Of a stretch of 64,000 nucleotides of DNA, positions 44,521-53,361 are shown piece after piece (position 1 is the stretch's first letter; each line of letters begins with the position of its first letter). The translations under genes and the position numbers were made by a program. The DNA is from Alphaproteobacteria bacterium (GTDB taxonomy: Bacteria > Pseudomonadota > Alphaproteobacteria > WRAU01 > Hepatincolaceae), in the NCBI GenBank assembly GCA_031274895.1, contig JAISPM010000021.1:141-64140 (forward strand), given 5' to 3'. The notes beneath the pieces are model-generated. The model was not told where the DNA came from. It searched no databases and saw only the letters and a list, made by a program, of their open reading frames with translations.

Positions 44521-44697
44521 TTTGTAAGCAATAATATTCTAATTTTGCAAAAATAATACACAAAAAGAATATTTTGTGCTACTATCATAAAATGAAATTA
44601 TATAGATTTTTTGTATCATAAAACGAATAAATAAATTATAATATTTGTAGATTCTACCATGTTGGTATTCATAGTTTATTAAGTTTGGAAATTATTA

Positions 44698-45144
44698 ATG
44701 AGAATGACGACAAAACATTGTGTTTTTCTATTAACTCTTTTATTGCTAATGGCTATGATTACATTTATTGCAATAGCTTCATATAAATTATTAGATACTA
44801 CAGATACAAGTTCTACCGTAGAAACTCTTGCTAGAATTGATTTATCAATGATTCCAATATTTATAACAATGTTTGGAGTAGTGTTAGCAATAATTGCATT
44901 TTATAGTTATTCAAGTATTAAAGAACATGCAATGTTAAAGGCTGAGGAAATTACAAAGAAAATGTTAGGGATACACAAAAAGAAAGTGTCTGATTTATTA
45001 GAGAATCATGAAAAGAAATTTCAAACTCTACATCAAAATTTATTGGAAGATAGAAATGAATACAGCAAAATGGTTAAAGGTTTACAGGGTGATATAAATA
45101 CATCTAAATTGGAAATAATAGAGGAGAGCATGAAAAATGAGTAA
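44698..45144 (+). CDS. Hypothetical 2-TM protein with a cytoplasmic coiled-coil tail
   Basis: Two hydrophobic helices (CVFLLTLLLLMAMITFIAIA; IPIFITMFGVVLAIIAFY), then a K/E-rich helical tail. It overlaps the next gene by 8 nt. Confidence 0.5.
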   Translation: MRMTTKHCVFLLTLLLLMAMITFIAIASYKLLDTTDTSSTVETLARIDLSMIPIFITMFGVVLAIIAFYSYSSIKEHAMLKAEEITKKMLGIHKKKVSDLLENHEKKFQTLHQNLLEDRNEYSKMVKGLQGDINTSKLEIIEESMKNE

Positions 45145-45643
45145 TACTTTTTTTGAAAACCTATCTCAAGTGGAAGATAAAGAAAGAGGATTTGTTGACC
45201 TTGAAAAACTGGCTGAATTAGAGAATATTCAAGTTATTTATTCTAAACACAAAGAATATAAAGATATTTTTTCAGGATTAATAAAAATAGTTGATAGTAG
45301 ATATGTAATAATCATCAATGGTGACCATTCACATAATAGGAAAAGGTTCACGCTTGCTCATGAGTTAGCTCATTATTTTTTACATAAAGAAAAAATTGAG
45401 AAAGCCGCTATTGTTGATGATGCTTTGTATAGAAGTGGGCTTGCTAACGATAATATAGAGGTAGCTGCAAATAAATTTGCTTCTAAAATTCTTATGCCTG
45501 AAGCCTTAGTTAGCTTTCATATTAATGAAGCTAAGAAACTTAATATAATTGATATAGCGGGTATATTAAATTATGTCGCTGAAAAATTGCAAGTATCTAA
45601 GCAAGCCTTAGCTATAAAAATAGGGGTTCCTTTCGATAATTAA
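45137..45643 (+). CDS. ImmA/IrrE-family (DUF955, M78-like) zinc metallopeptidase
   Basis: RFTLAHELAHYFLH (HExxH) and EVAANKFASKILMPE, plus a C-terminal ...LQVSKQALAIKIG segment typical of the family. Confidence 0.75.
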   Translation: MSNTFFENLSQVEDKERGFVDLEKLAELENIQVIYSKHKEYKDIFSGLIKIVDSRYVIIINGDHSHNRKRFTLAHELAHYFLHKEKIEKAAIVDDALYRSGLANDNIEVAANKFASKILMPEALVSFHINEAKKLNIIDIAGILNYVAEKLQVSKQALAIKIGVPFDN

Positions 45644-45646
45644 TAT

Positions 45647-46465
45647 CTACCCCCACAATCCATAAAAATGGTGGAGGCTGCCTTTGCCTTGACCCATTTT
45701 TAGGGAGTCGGCGTGTTGGAGGGCATGTTGGGTATAGATCTTAGCATTTTTGCAGGATGTTAGGTTATCGTAGCCAAGGGCGATATTGGCAGCAATGGCG
45801 GCGGATAGGGTGCAGCCGGTGCCGTGGGTGTTGGCGGTAGCAATACGTTTACCTGTTAGCCAATCACTTTGTTCAGCTGTCCTGTAGAAATCATTAGATT
45901 CTTCACCATCCAAATGTCCGCCTTTAAGTAGAACACTTTGACAACCTAATTGTAAAAGTCTTTCTGCAGAATTTTCCATTTCTTCTTTAGTATTTATTTC
46001 ACAATTTAATAAGGCTCCTGCTTCAGGCAAGTTAGGAGTTATAACCTTGACTTGTGGAATCAATAACTCCTTCATTGTTGTAATTGCCTCAGGTAATAAC
46101 AAGTGGTGTCCACTTTTTGCCACCATTACCGGGTCTAACACTATGGGAATTCCATCCGCATGTTCTTTTAAAAAACCAGCCACAACCGCAATAATTTCAG
46201 CATTAAACAGCATGCCGATTTTGATGGCACTTGGGGTTATATCTTCAAACATGCAGCTTAATTGCTTAGCGATAACAGAAGCAGGAATTTCGTAAATATC
46301 TTGCACTCCTTTTGTGTTCTGTATGGGTAGACTGGTCAGCACATTTAAGCCATAACACTTGTGTGCCGAGAATACCTTTAAATCTGCCTGCAGTCCTGCG
46401 CCGCAACTGCCGTCAAACCCTGCAATACTTAATACTTTTGGCGGTGTATAAACATTATTTTCCAT
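45647..46465 (-). CDS. thiD: Hydroxymethylpyrimidine/phosphomethylpyrimidine kinase
   Basis: VLSIAGFDGSCGAGLQADLK and THGTGCTLSAAIAA motifs. Confidence 0.9.
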   Translation of the reverse strand: MENNVYTPPKVLSIAGFDGSCGAGLQADLKVFSAHKCYGLNVLTSLPIQNTKGVQDIYEIPASVIAKQLSCMFEDITPSAIKIGMLFNAEIIAVVAGFLKEHADGIPIVLDPVMVAKSGHHLLLPEAITTMKELLIPQVKVITPNLPEAGALLNCEINTKEEMENSAERLLQLGCQSVLLKGGHLDGEESNDFYRTAEQSDWLTGKRIATANTHGTGCTLSAAIAANIALGYDNLTSCKNAKIYTQHALQHADSLKMGQGKGSLHHFYGLWG

Positions 46466-47237
46466 AATATATTTCCTTTATTTGTGAGAGTGGCTGTTGA
46501 TACAGAGTATCTAAAAACTCTATTTTAAAACTCGCAGGAGAATCCGCCTTTTTATAAGCAATTTCCGCGCAGATGGTATAATACAAAATTGCCATTCTCA
46601 CTGCTTCAAAATAATTATCAGATACGCTGGCAAATGCTGCAATTACTCCGCCTAAGCTGCAACCAACGCCTGTGATTTTACTCATTAATTCACAACCAAA
46701 ATGCAGTTGAGCCGCCCGCTGAGAATCCGCTATAAAATCTTCTCTACCTGTAATTGCCACGCAAATACCATGTTCACGAGCCAAACTAGTTGCACTTTCC
46801 TTTGCCTGTTCTACGCTGTTAAGGCTATCCACTCCTGAAGACCTCTTAAGACCACCAACCAAAGCCATAACCTCGGAAGCATTACCCTTAACGATACTCA
46901 AATCACCTAAAATTTCCCTAGCAAAGTTAGTCCGTAAAGCCGTAGCTCCTGCTCCTACGGGGTCTAACACTATCGGGATATTCTGCCTCCTAGCTGCTAC
47001 AATAGCTTTTTTGGCAAGAGCCATAAACATGGAATCAAGGGTGCCGATATTTATATATAAAGCCTGACTTATACCTATCAATTCTTCAATTTCGTCTTCG
47101 CTACAGCTAACAATGGGTGATGCTCCCACACTTATTAAAGCATTGCACACAAAATCTACGCTAACAATATTGGTTAAACAGCAGACCACAGGTTTGTTTT
47201 TCTGCAACGTCTGCAGATAATAACTTAATTTTTCCAT
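46455..47237 (-). CDS. thiM: Hydroxyethylthiazole kinase
   Basis: VCCLTNIVSVDFVCNALISVGASP and ITGVGCSLGGVIAAF motifs. Confidence 0.88.
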   Translation of the reverse strand: MEKLSYYLQTLQKNKPVVCCLTNIVSVDFVCNALISVGASPIVSCSEDEIEELIGISQALYINIGTLDSMFMALAKKAIVAARRQNIPIVLDPVGAGATALRTNFAREILGDLSIVKGNASEVMALVGGLKRSSGVDSLNSVEQAKESATSLAREHGICVAITGREDFIADSQRAAQLHFGCELMSKITGVGCSLGGVIAAFASVSDNYFEAVRMAILYYTICAEIAYKKADSPASFKIEFLDTLYQQPLSQIKEIYYGK

Positions 47238-47839
47238 AGCCCACCTTTAATCTTACTAACAGTCTCCTTTAAATTATAAGAATCGTGCAGGGCTGAAATT
47301 ACCGCTACACCTGCTGCTCCCTGTTGCATAACGTCATACACGTTATTTTCATTGATTCCGCCAATGGCAATAACAGGATGAACCGATTCCCGACACATAT
47401 CCGCCAAGCCATTTAATCCCCAAAATTTTTTGATATTATTTTTGCTCTTTGAGGGAAAAACTGCGCTACAGCCTACATAATTAACAGGTAGTTTATTGGC
47501 AACAGCAATTTGGGATTCTTCCTCAATTGAAAGTCCGATAATTTTATTATTACCTAAAACACGACGGGCTACCTCAACACCATCATCACTTTGCCCTAAA
47601 TGAACTCCCGAAGCATTTATTTCTTTGGCTAAATGGATATTATCGTTGATTATTAAAGAAACATTATACGATTGTAATAGTTTTTTTAAATTTAATAAAA
47701 AGTCTAAGGATTCTTGAGTGATATTTTTTTCGCGAAACTGCACACAATTAACGCCTAATTGCAGGCATTGTTCAATAAAATTTAAATAACTTTCTGTGTT
47801 CTCGTGCTTTTGCGTAAGCATCATGAAATTATAAACCAT
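47225..47839 (-). CDS. thiE: Thiamine-phosphate synthase
   Basis: VQFREK, INDNIHLA, GVHLGQSD and AIGGI motifs. It is the first gene after the TPP riboswitch. Confidence 0.88.
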   Translation of the reverse strand: MVYNFMMLTQKHENTESYLNFIEQCLQLGVNCVQFREKNITQESLDFLLNLKKLLQSYNVSLIINDNIHLAKEINASGVHLGQSDDGVEVARRVLGNNKIIGLSIEEESQIAVANKLPVNYVGCSAVFPSKSKNNIKKFWGLNGLADMCRESVHPVIAIGGINENNVYDVMQQGAAGVAVISALHDSYNLKETVSKIKGGLWKN

Positions 47840-47840
47840 A

Positions 47841-47916
47841 CTTCCTCCGCTAGTATTATCTAGTTCAGGTTATAAGGGTATTTCTCAGCCTGCCCAGCAA
47901 GCACCCCTGTTGATAG
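47841..47916 (-). promoter_or_regulatory. TPP (THI-box) riboswitch
   Basis: The minus strand reads caggggtgcttgctgggcaggctgagaaatacccttataacctgaactagataatactagcggaggaag. This matches the GGGGUGC...CUGAGA.AUACCC...ACCUGA.C.GGAUAAU.C.AGCG.AGGGA consensus. The 3' GGAGG is the thiE RBS. Confidence 0.9.
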
Positions 47917-48007
47917 CTTTAAGTGTAGCATAAAAAAATTAGTATTGTCAAAACACTATTTTTAGTATAACTTAGTTAGATGTATTAAATTAATTATAGG
48001 GTCATAA

Positions 48008-48271
48008 ATGGCAAATACAGAAAGTGCTAAAAAAAGAATTCGTCAAGATTTGAAAAAAACTCAAATCAACAAAGCTAGAATGAACAGACTAAGAACCTCA
48101 GTTCGCAGAGTGGAAGACTTACTTAATGCGGGTAAAAAAGTTGAAGCTGAAGCTGCTTTTGTAAAGGCGCAATCAGTAATCGCAGAAACTGCACAAAAAG
48201 GAACTATCCACAAAAATGCAGCAAATCGTAAAATTTCAAGATTATCGCTTAGAGTGAAAAAATCCTCTTAA
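48008..48271 (+). CDS. rpsT: 30S ribosomal protein S20
   Basis: MANTESAKKRIRQ...NKARMNRLRT... is the typical S20 sequence. Confidence 0.92.
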   Translation: MANTESAKKRIRQDLKKTQINKARMNRLRTSVRRVEDLLNAGKKVEAEAAFVKAQSVIAETAQKGTIHKNAANRKISRLSLRVKKSS

Positions 48272-48292
48272 TTTTGGATATTTGAGTATATT

Positions 48293-49669
48293 ATGACAGA
48301 TTCGTCATTTAATTGGGAATCTTTCTTATTACAACTGGAAGATTGTATAAACGATAAGTTATCCTTTGAAAGTTGGATTAAACCCTTAGAATTTAATAAG
48401 TGTGATGGTGGTTTATTGCTTATAAACGCACCATCTAAATTTATTAAAGACTGGGTTTTAAAATCTTTTAGTGCGCAAATAACGGAAGTTTTAACTGCGC
48501 ATTATCCAAAAGTGAAAAATATTGAAATTTTGGTTTCAACCTTTTCTAATCAAGAAGATTCCATAGATTTAGATTTAAGCGTCAGCCAAAGACTTGAGGA
48601 ATTTAGAGATACATCTTTAAATGCCAAAACTTCTTTGGAAAGTATCAGCATTCCTTTAAACGAATATTATACCTTTGAAAACTTTGTGGTAGGTAAACCT
48701 AATGAGTTTGCCTATGCAGCGTCTTTAAAGGTAGCAAGAGACGATAATACGCAATTAAATAATCCTTTATTCTTATATGGTGGTGTAGGCTTAGGTAAAA
48801 CACATTTGATGCACTCAATCGCTTGGGAAGTTTCTCGTATTGGTGATAGAAAATTTTTATACTTAACCGCTGAAAAATACACATCCATGTATATTACATC
48901 CTTAAGGGAGCATACGACGGATGCTTTTAGAGGAGTTTGTCGCTCTGTTGATGTGCTGATGATTGATGATATTCAGTTTATGGCAGGTAAAGAGGCAACT
49001 CAGGAAGAATTTTTTAATACCTTTAACGATTTATATTCGCGTGGTAAGCAAATAATTATCTCTGCCGATAGACCGCCCAGTGAACTGGATAGAGTAGAAG
49101 AGAGAATTACATCCAGACTCAATTCAGGGCTTTCTATAAATATCCATGCTACAACTTATGAATTGCGAGTGGGAATCTTAGAATCCAAAGCTAAAATTAT
49201 TGGCGTAAAAATTCCATCGGATGTGATAGATTTTTTAGCCCATACTATTACTTCCAATGTGCGAGAACTGGAAGGGGCATTAAAAAGGTTAATTTCATAC
49301 CATCGTGTGGCAGGTATGAAAATAGATTTAGATATGACAATGCATGTGCTGGAAGATGTTCTCAAGCATAAAAACAGAATTGTTAATATTGAAGCCATTC
49401 AAAAGAAAGTTGCCGAGCATTATAAAATTAAATTGGCGGATATGTCCTCGCCGAAAAAAGATAAAAACACGGCGCACGTGCGGCAGATTGCCATGTATAT
49501 TGCCAAGCAAATCACCAGTAATTCACTGCCTGAAATCGGCAGAAAGTTCGGCGGTCGCGATCATACCACCGTCATGTATGCCGTTAATAAAATCTCTAAA
49601 GAAATAGCTCAAAATTCTAATCTAGAAGACGAAATAAACCTATTGATTAAAATTATTCAACAGGGGTAA
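48293..49669 (+). CDS. dnaA: Chromosomal replication initiator DnaA
   Basis: YTFENFVVGKPNEFA, LYGGVGLGKTHLMH, IDDIQF, and the domain IV segment GGRDHTTVMYAVNKI. Confidence 0.95.
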   Translation: MTDSSFNWESFLLQLEDCINDKLSFESWIKPLEFNKCDGGLLLINAPSKFIKDWVLKSFSAQITEVLTAHYPKVKNIEILVSTFSNQEDSIDLDLSVSQRLEEFRDTSLNAKTSLESISIPLNEYYTFENFVVGKPNEFAYAASLKVARDDNTQLNNPLFLYGGVGLGKTHLMHSIAWEVSRIGDRKFLYLTAEKYTSMYITSLREHTTDAFRGVCRSVDVLMIDDIQFMAGKEATQEEFFNTFNDLYSRGKQIIISADRPPSELDRVEERITSRLNSGLSINIHATTYELRVGILESKAKIIGVKIPSDVIDFLAHTITSNVRELEGALKRLISYHRVAGMKIDLDMTMHVLEDVLKHKNRIVNIEAIQKKVAEHYKIKLADMSSPKKDKNTAHVRQIAMYIAKQITSNSLPEIGRKFGGRDHTTVMYAVNKISKEIAQNSNLEDEINLLIKIIQQG

Positions 49670-49686
49670 GAGGAAAGTTAAAAAAC

Positions 49687-49715
49687 TTGACTGGCAAGAT
49701 ATTTATCATTATTAT
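49687..49715 (+). promoter_or_regulatory. Putative own promoter of the Abi-like gene
   Basis: TTGACT, 17 nt, then TATTAT, in the dnaA-abi spacer. Confidence 0.4.
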
Positions 49716-49793
49716 ATAAATAATCCTCGGAGAGGTAAGGTCAAGTAGAGGGATGTAAGAAATTACTACCCCTCTTTTTATTTATATATAAAA

Positions 49794-50966
49794 ATGTCGC
49801 AGAGCAATCAAAAACCTTGGTTATCAATAGAAGAACAGATTCAATTGTTAAAAGATAGAAATTTAATTATTGAAAATGAAATCTATGCTAAAAATATACT
49901 AAGTAGAATTTCTTACTATCGTCTAATCTCTTATAGATTCCCTTTTTGTCAAGAAAAAGACAAAAATATTTTTAAGGATGGAACTAAATTTGAAGATTTA
50001 GTTAATTTATATAATAAAGATTCAGAATATCAAGCACTTTTATATCAAGTGTTAAAAGAAATAGAAATATTTTTTAGAACCCAACTTATTTATTGCTTTG
50101 CTAAACAAGATATTTGGTTTTATAAAGATAGAAGCAAACTAAACCAAAAAGATAAAGAAGCGAAAAGGAATGTAGATTCTTATATTAAGAAAATGAATGA
50201 TAGCGTATGTAATGAGACTAATGTTCATATATCTTATTACATAGAACAACATGATAAAGGAATAGCCCCTTATAAAATACCTAATTGTAAATATAGTTAT
50301 AAAGAAATGGGTTTACTTTGTAATAAGTGCAGGAAGAAGGGGGAAAAATTAGACTCAACATGTAGCGATGATAAATGTAATGGCAGAATAGTCAAAGTTA
50401 GATTGTGTAAGTGCTATCCAAAAGCATGGGTATCTTTAGAATCTTTTGATTTTGGTATGTTAATAGATTTATATTCTGGTATTAATGGATTTATTAATAA
50501 AAGCGAAATATCCTCTAAATATTTAGAATGTGATATTGAATTTGGTAAGTTTTTTAATATAGACGAAAAATATTTGTATAATAAAGATAAAAGACCATTT
50601 TTAGATTTACTAAGAGATATAAAGGTAATCCGTAATATAATAGCTCATCATGATAAAGTTATAGATAGGTATTCCTTTAAAGAAGCAAAATCGATTGATT
50701 TTTTAAAAATACATTATGAGAAAGATAACAAGGTTTTAGAATTACTAAATGATATGAATACATACAGACATACCTTCCTTCCATATTTTTTAGTAATTAA
50801 GTATTTTTTAGATATTATGTTTCAAAAAGACCCAAATTTAGGATATCAAGTTAATATTTTTACAAGATTTTTAGACTTCTCTAAATTAAATACAGAAATA
50901 TTATCGCTTGATAATTTACCAAAAGAGGTTTTTGAACCTTCTAGGGAACGGACTGTTATATCTTAA
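49794..50966 (+). CDS. Abi-like protein (AbiD/AbiF, Abi_2 family) with an internal Cys-cluster insert
   Basis: KPWLSIEEQIQLLKDRNLIIENEIYAKNILSRISYYRLISY, PKAWVSLESFDFGMLIDLYS and LRDIKVIRNIIAHHDKV match the Abi_2 pattern. The gene is very AT-rich. Confidence 0.75.
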   Translation: MSQSNQKPWLSIEEQIQLLKDRNLIIENEIYAKNILSRISYYRLISYRFPFCQEKDKNIFKDGTKFEDLVNLYNKDSEYQALLYQVLKEIEIFFRTQLIYCFAKQDIWFYKDRSKLNQKDKEAKRNVDSYIKKMNDSVCNETNVHISYYIEQHDKGIAPYKIPNCKYSYKEMGLLCNKCRKKGEKLDSTCSDDKCNGRIVKVRLCKCYPKAWVSLESFDFGMLIDLYSGINGFINKSEISSKYLECDIEFGKFFNIDEKYLYNKDKRPFLDLLRDIKVIRNIIAHHDKVIDRYSFKEAKSIDFLKIHYEKDNKVLELLNDMNTYRHTFLPYFLVIKYFLDIMFQKDPNLGYQVNIFTRFLDFSKLNTEILSLDNLPKEVFEPSRERTVIS

Positions 50967-50980
50967 TTTCCAAAAAACAA

Positions 50981-51009
50981 TTGAATTAATCACCTATCTA
51001 AGCTAAAAT
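50981..51009 (+). promoter_or_regulatory. Putative dnaN promoter
   Basis: TTGAAT, 17 nt, then TAAAAT, ending 31 nt upstream of the dnaN ATG. Confidence 0.35.
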
Positions 51010-51040
51010 TTAATACATAGAAATTACCTAAAGGAAAAAC

Positions 51041-52156
51041 ATGAAATTTGTTATAAATGTGGCGCAGCTTTCTAAAGCCTTAGATAACGTGCAGGGTGTG
51101 GTTGATAAGCGTAATATTACGCCGATATTATCTAACATTAGAATCGCCGCCGAAAACGACAAGCTAATCATTAACGCTACGGATATGGATTTAGACATTG
51201 TGGAAATTCTCAACATAACTCCTGTTGAAAACGGCTCCATCACGGCTCCGGCTTTTTTATTGGGCGAAACCATTAAAAGGCTGCCTCTTGACGCCAGAGT
51301 GGAAATATCGCTGGTGGAAGATAAGCTCCATATTATCTGCGGTAAATTTAAAGGGACTCTCAGCACATTGCCTGTGGACGATTTCCCAATTATCCAAACC
51401 GATAATCTGCCTTCTACCCTAAAAATTAAAAAGACCGACTTTAAAGAACTTATGGAAAACACTAAGTTTGCTATTTCAACGGACGAAACCAGATACTACC
51501 TTAACGGTGTTTATTTACACACCACCAATAATGCTAAGGAAGAACATGTGTTGCGTTGCGTATCCACCGATGGACACAGATTAGCCCTTGCGGATTCGGT
51601 TGTATCTAATGATATTAAAATTGAAGAAGGCATTATTATTCCTAAAAAAGCCGTGGAAGAAATCTCTAAACTGATAGATAAAGTGGCAGATGAAGACTTA
51701 GAAATTTCCTGTAGCAGTTCGCGCATTTGCTTTAAATTTTCTAACATTATTTTAACCTCAAAACTTATTGACGGAAATTTCCCGAATTACGATAGAGTGA
51801 TTCCTAAAAATAACGATAAGATTTTAGAAGTTAATCGTGATGAGTTCGTGAAAGCCATAGATTTAGTATCCATGTATTCCGACGATAAACTAAAATTTAT
51901 TAAAATTAATTTAGACGGCAACAAAATGATTCTCAGTGCCGATAAAAATGTGGGCGATGCTAACCAAGAACTGGAAATTGTCCGTGCCATAGAACCCATG
52001 AGCATTTGCTTTAATGCCAAATACATTAAGGAAATTTGCAGTTTAATCCCCACCGAAAATGTGTTGTTGCAATTACAAAATGAAACTTCTCCTGCCCTTG
52101 TAAAACAAATGGGCGAATCCAGTGAGATTTTTGTAATTATGCCAATGCGGTTATAA
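51041..52156 (+). CDS. dnaN: DNA polymerase III beta sliding clamp
   Basis: MKFVINVAQLSKAL...PILSNIRI, TDGHRLA and a C-terminal VIMPMRL. Confidence 0.93.
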   Translation: MKFVINVAQLSKALDNVQGVVDKRNITPILSNIRIAAENDKLIINATDMDLDIVEILNITPVENGSITAPAFLLGETIKRLPLDARVEISLVEDKLHIICGKFKGTLSTLPVDDFPIIQTDNLPSTLKIKKTDFKELMENTKFAISTDETRYYLNGVYLHTTNNAKEEHVLRCVSTDGHRLALADSVVSNDIKIEEGIIIPKKAVEEISKLIDKVADEDLEISCSSSRICFKFSNIILTSKLIDGNFPNYDRVIPKNNDKILEVNRDEFVKAIDLVSMYSDDKLKFIKINLDGNKMILSADKNVGDANQELEIVRAIEPMSICFNAKYIKEICSLIPTENVLLQLQNETSPALVKQMGESSEIFVIMPMRL

Positions 52157-52163
52157 GTTATGA

Positions 52164-53273
52164 ATGAGTGCAATTAATTCATATTGTATAGGGCAGTTCG
52201 TATTAAATACTTTTAGAAACTATCAGCATAGTGAGTTCAATTTTCATAACCGCAACCATATTATTTATGGTGAAAACGGTATGGGAAAAACCAATATTCT
52301 TGAGGGAATATCGATGCTGAGTGCAGGGCGCGGCTTACGTTCAGCCACTACCGAAGAAATTATTAAACAAGGCTACGAATCCTCGGGTGTTTTGGGAAAA
52401 ATCACCAGTCAGCTCGGTGAGTATGACCTGAACTTAAGTGTAGATTTCTCTTTTGAAAGCAACAGCTATAAGAAAAAATATTTTTTAGATGGTTCGCCGC
52501 TGAAAAATAAAAATCTGCTGGACTATTACCTCAGCTGCATTTGGCTAATTCCACAAATGGATAATTTCTTTTTGCAAGACAGTAGTTCCAAAAGAAAATT
52601 TATTGATAGACTAATTTTTAACTTTGATAAATCGCATTTAACTAGACTGAATGAACACGATAAGCTCATCCGTGAACGTAATAAAATTCTCTCCGGTGGC
52701 AGCTTAAACGGCAAATGGCTGGATTTAATAGAAGAAAAACTCGTGGAAATTACCGTGCCATTGGTGGTTTCGCGGTTAGATTTTATCCATAGCCTGAACG
52801 AGTTCACCGCAGTTGACGAAAAATATCCACTGCATTTGAGTTTTGCAGGCGAAATTGAAGACTTGTTGAGGGAGCATACCTATTCACTAAAAGTGGAAAA
52901 TATTTTAAAGGAAAGTATTAAAGAAAATCGGCGCAACGACCTAATCATGGGGCAAAGTAATACTTCCGCCAATAAAAGTAAGCTCGTTTGTAAATTTATA
53001 ACCACAGGTCAGGGGGCAGAAAACTCTTCCACCGGCGAGCAGAAAATGATGCTGATTAGTATTATCACGTCCTTTATTAAATTACTGCAAAACACTAAGC
53101 AAATCAGCCCGATTTTACTATTGGATGAGTTCAATGTGCATTTAGATAAAAACAATACGGAATATGTTATCAATAAAATTCTGCAGTTTGGCTCGCAGGT
53201 TTTTATAACCACCACTCACCAAGAAATTTTCACGGATTTCAAAGAAAAATTCGAATTTTTACAAATCAATTAA
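52164..53273 (+). CDS. recF: DNA replication and repair protein RecF
   Basis: FRNY...GENGMGKTNILEGI Walker A, SSTGEQKMMLISI signature and LLLDEF Walker B. Confidence 0.9.
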   Translation: MSAINSYCIGQFVLNTFRNYQHSEFNFHNRNHIIYGENGMGKTNILEGISMLSAGRGLRSATTEEIIKQGYESSGVLGKITSQLGEYDLNLSVDFSFESNSYKKKYFLDGSPLKNKNLLDYYLSCIWLIPQMDNFFLQDSSSKRKFIDRLIFNFDKSHLTRLNEHDKLIRERNKILSGGSLNGKWLDLIEEKLVEITVPLVVSRLDFIHSLNEFTAVDEKYPLHLSFAGEIEDLLREHTYSLKVENILKESIKENRRNDLIMGQSNTSANKSKLVCKFITTGQGAENSSTGEQKMMLISIITSFIKLLQNTKQISPILLLDEFNVHLDKNNTEYVINKILQFGSQVFITTTHQEIFTDFKEKFEFLQIN

Positions 53274-53274
53274 A

Positions 53275-53339
53275 CCCTCGTCATACCGGCGAAAGCCGGT
53301 ATCCACTGCAATGGATGCCGTTTTACAACGGCATGACGA
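53275..53339. repeat. Type-B repeat, compact cloverleaf copy B2
   Basis: cgtcat-[accggc gaaa gccggt]-[atcca ctgcaa tggat]-[gccgtt ttac aacggc]-atgacg. This is a closing stem plus three abutting hairpins. Confidence 0.85.
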
Positions 53340-53361
53340 TTTATAAACTAAGGAAAAAACC

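Noticed and set aside
47917-48007. oriC between divergent thiE and rpsT-dnaA, or in the dnaA-abi and abi-dnaN spacers (49670-49793, 50967-51040).
   Set aside because: Gene orientation switches here and dnaA is adjacent, but I found no cluster of TTATCCACA-like boxes in any of these spacers. oriC cannot be called without a skew calculation and a box search of the whole replicon.
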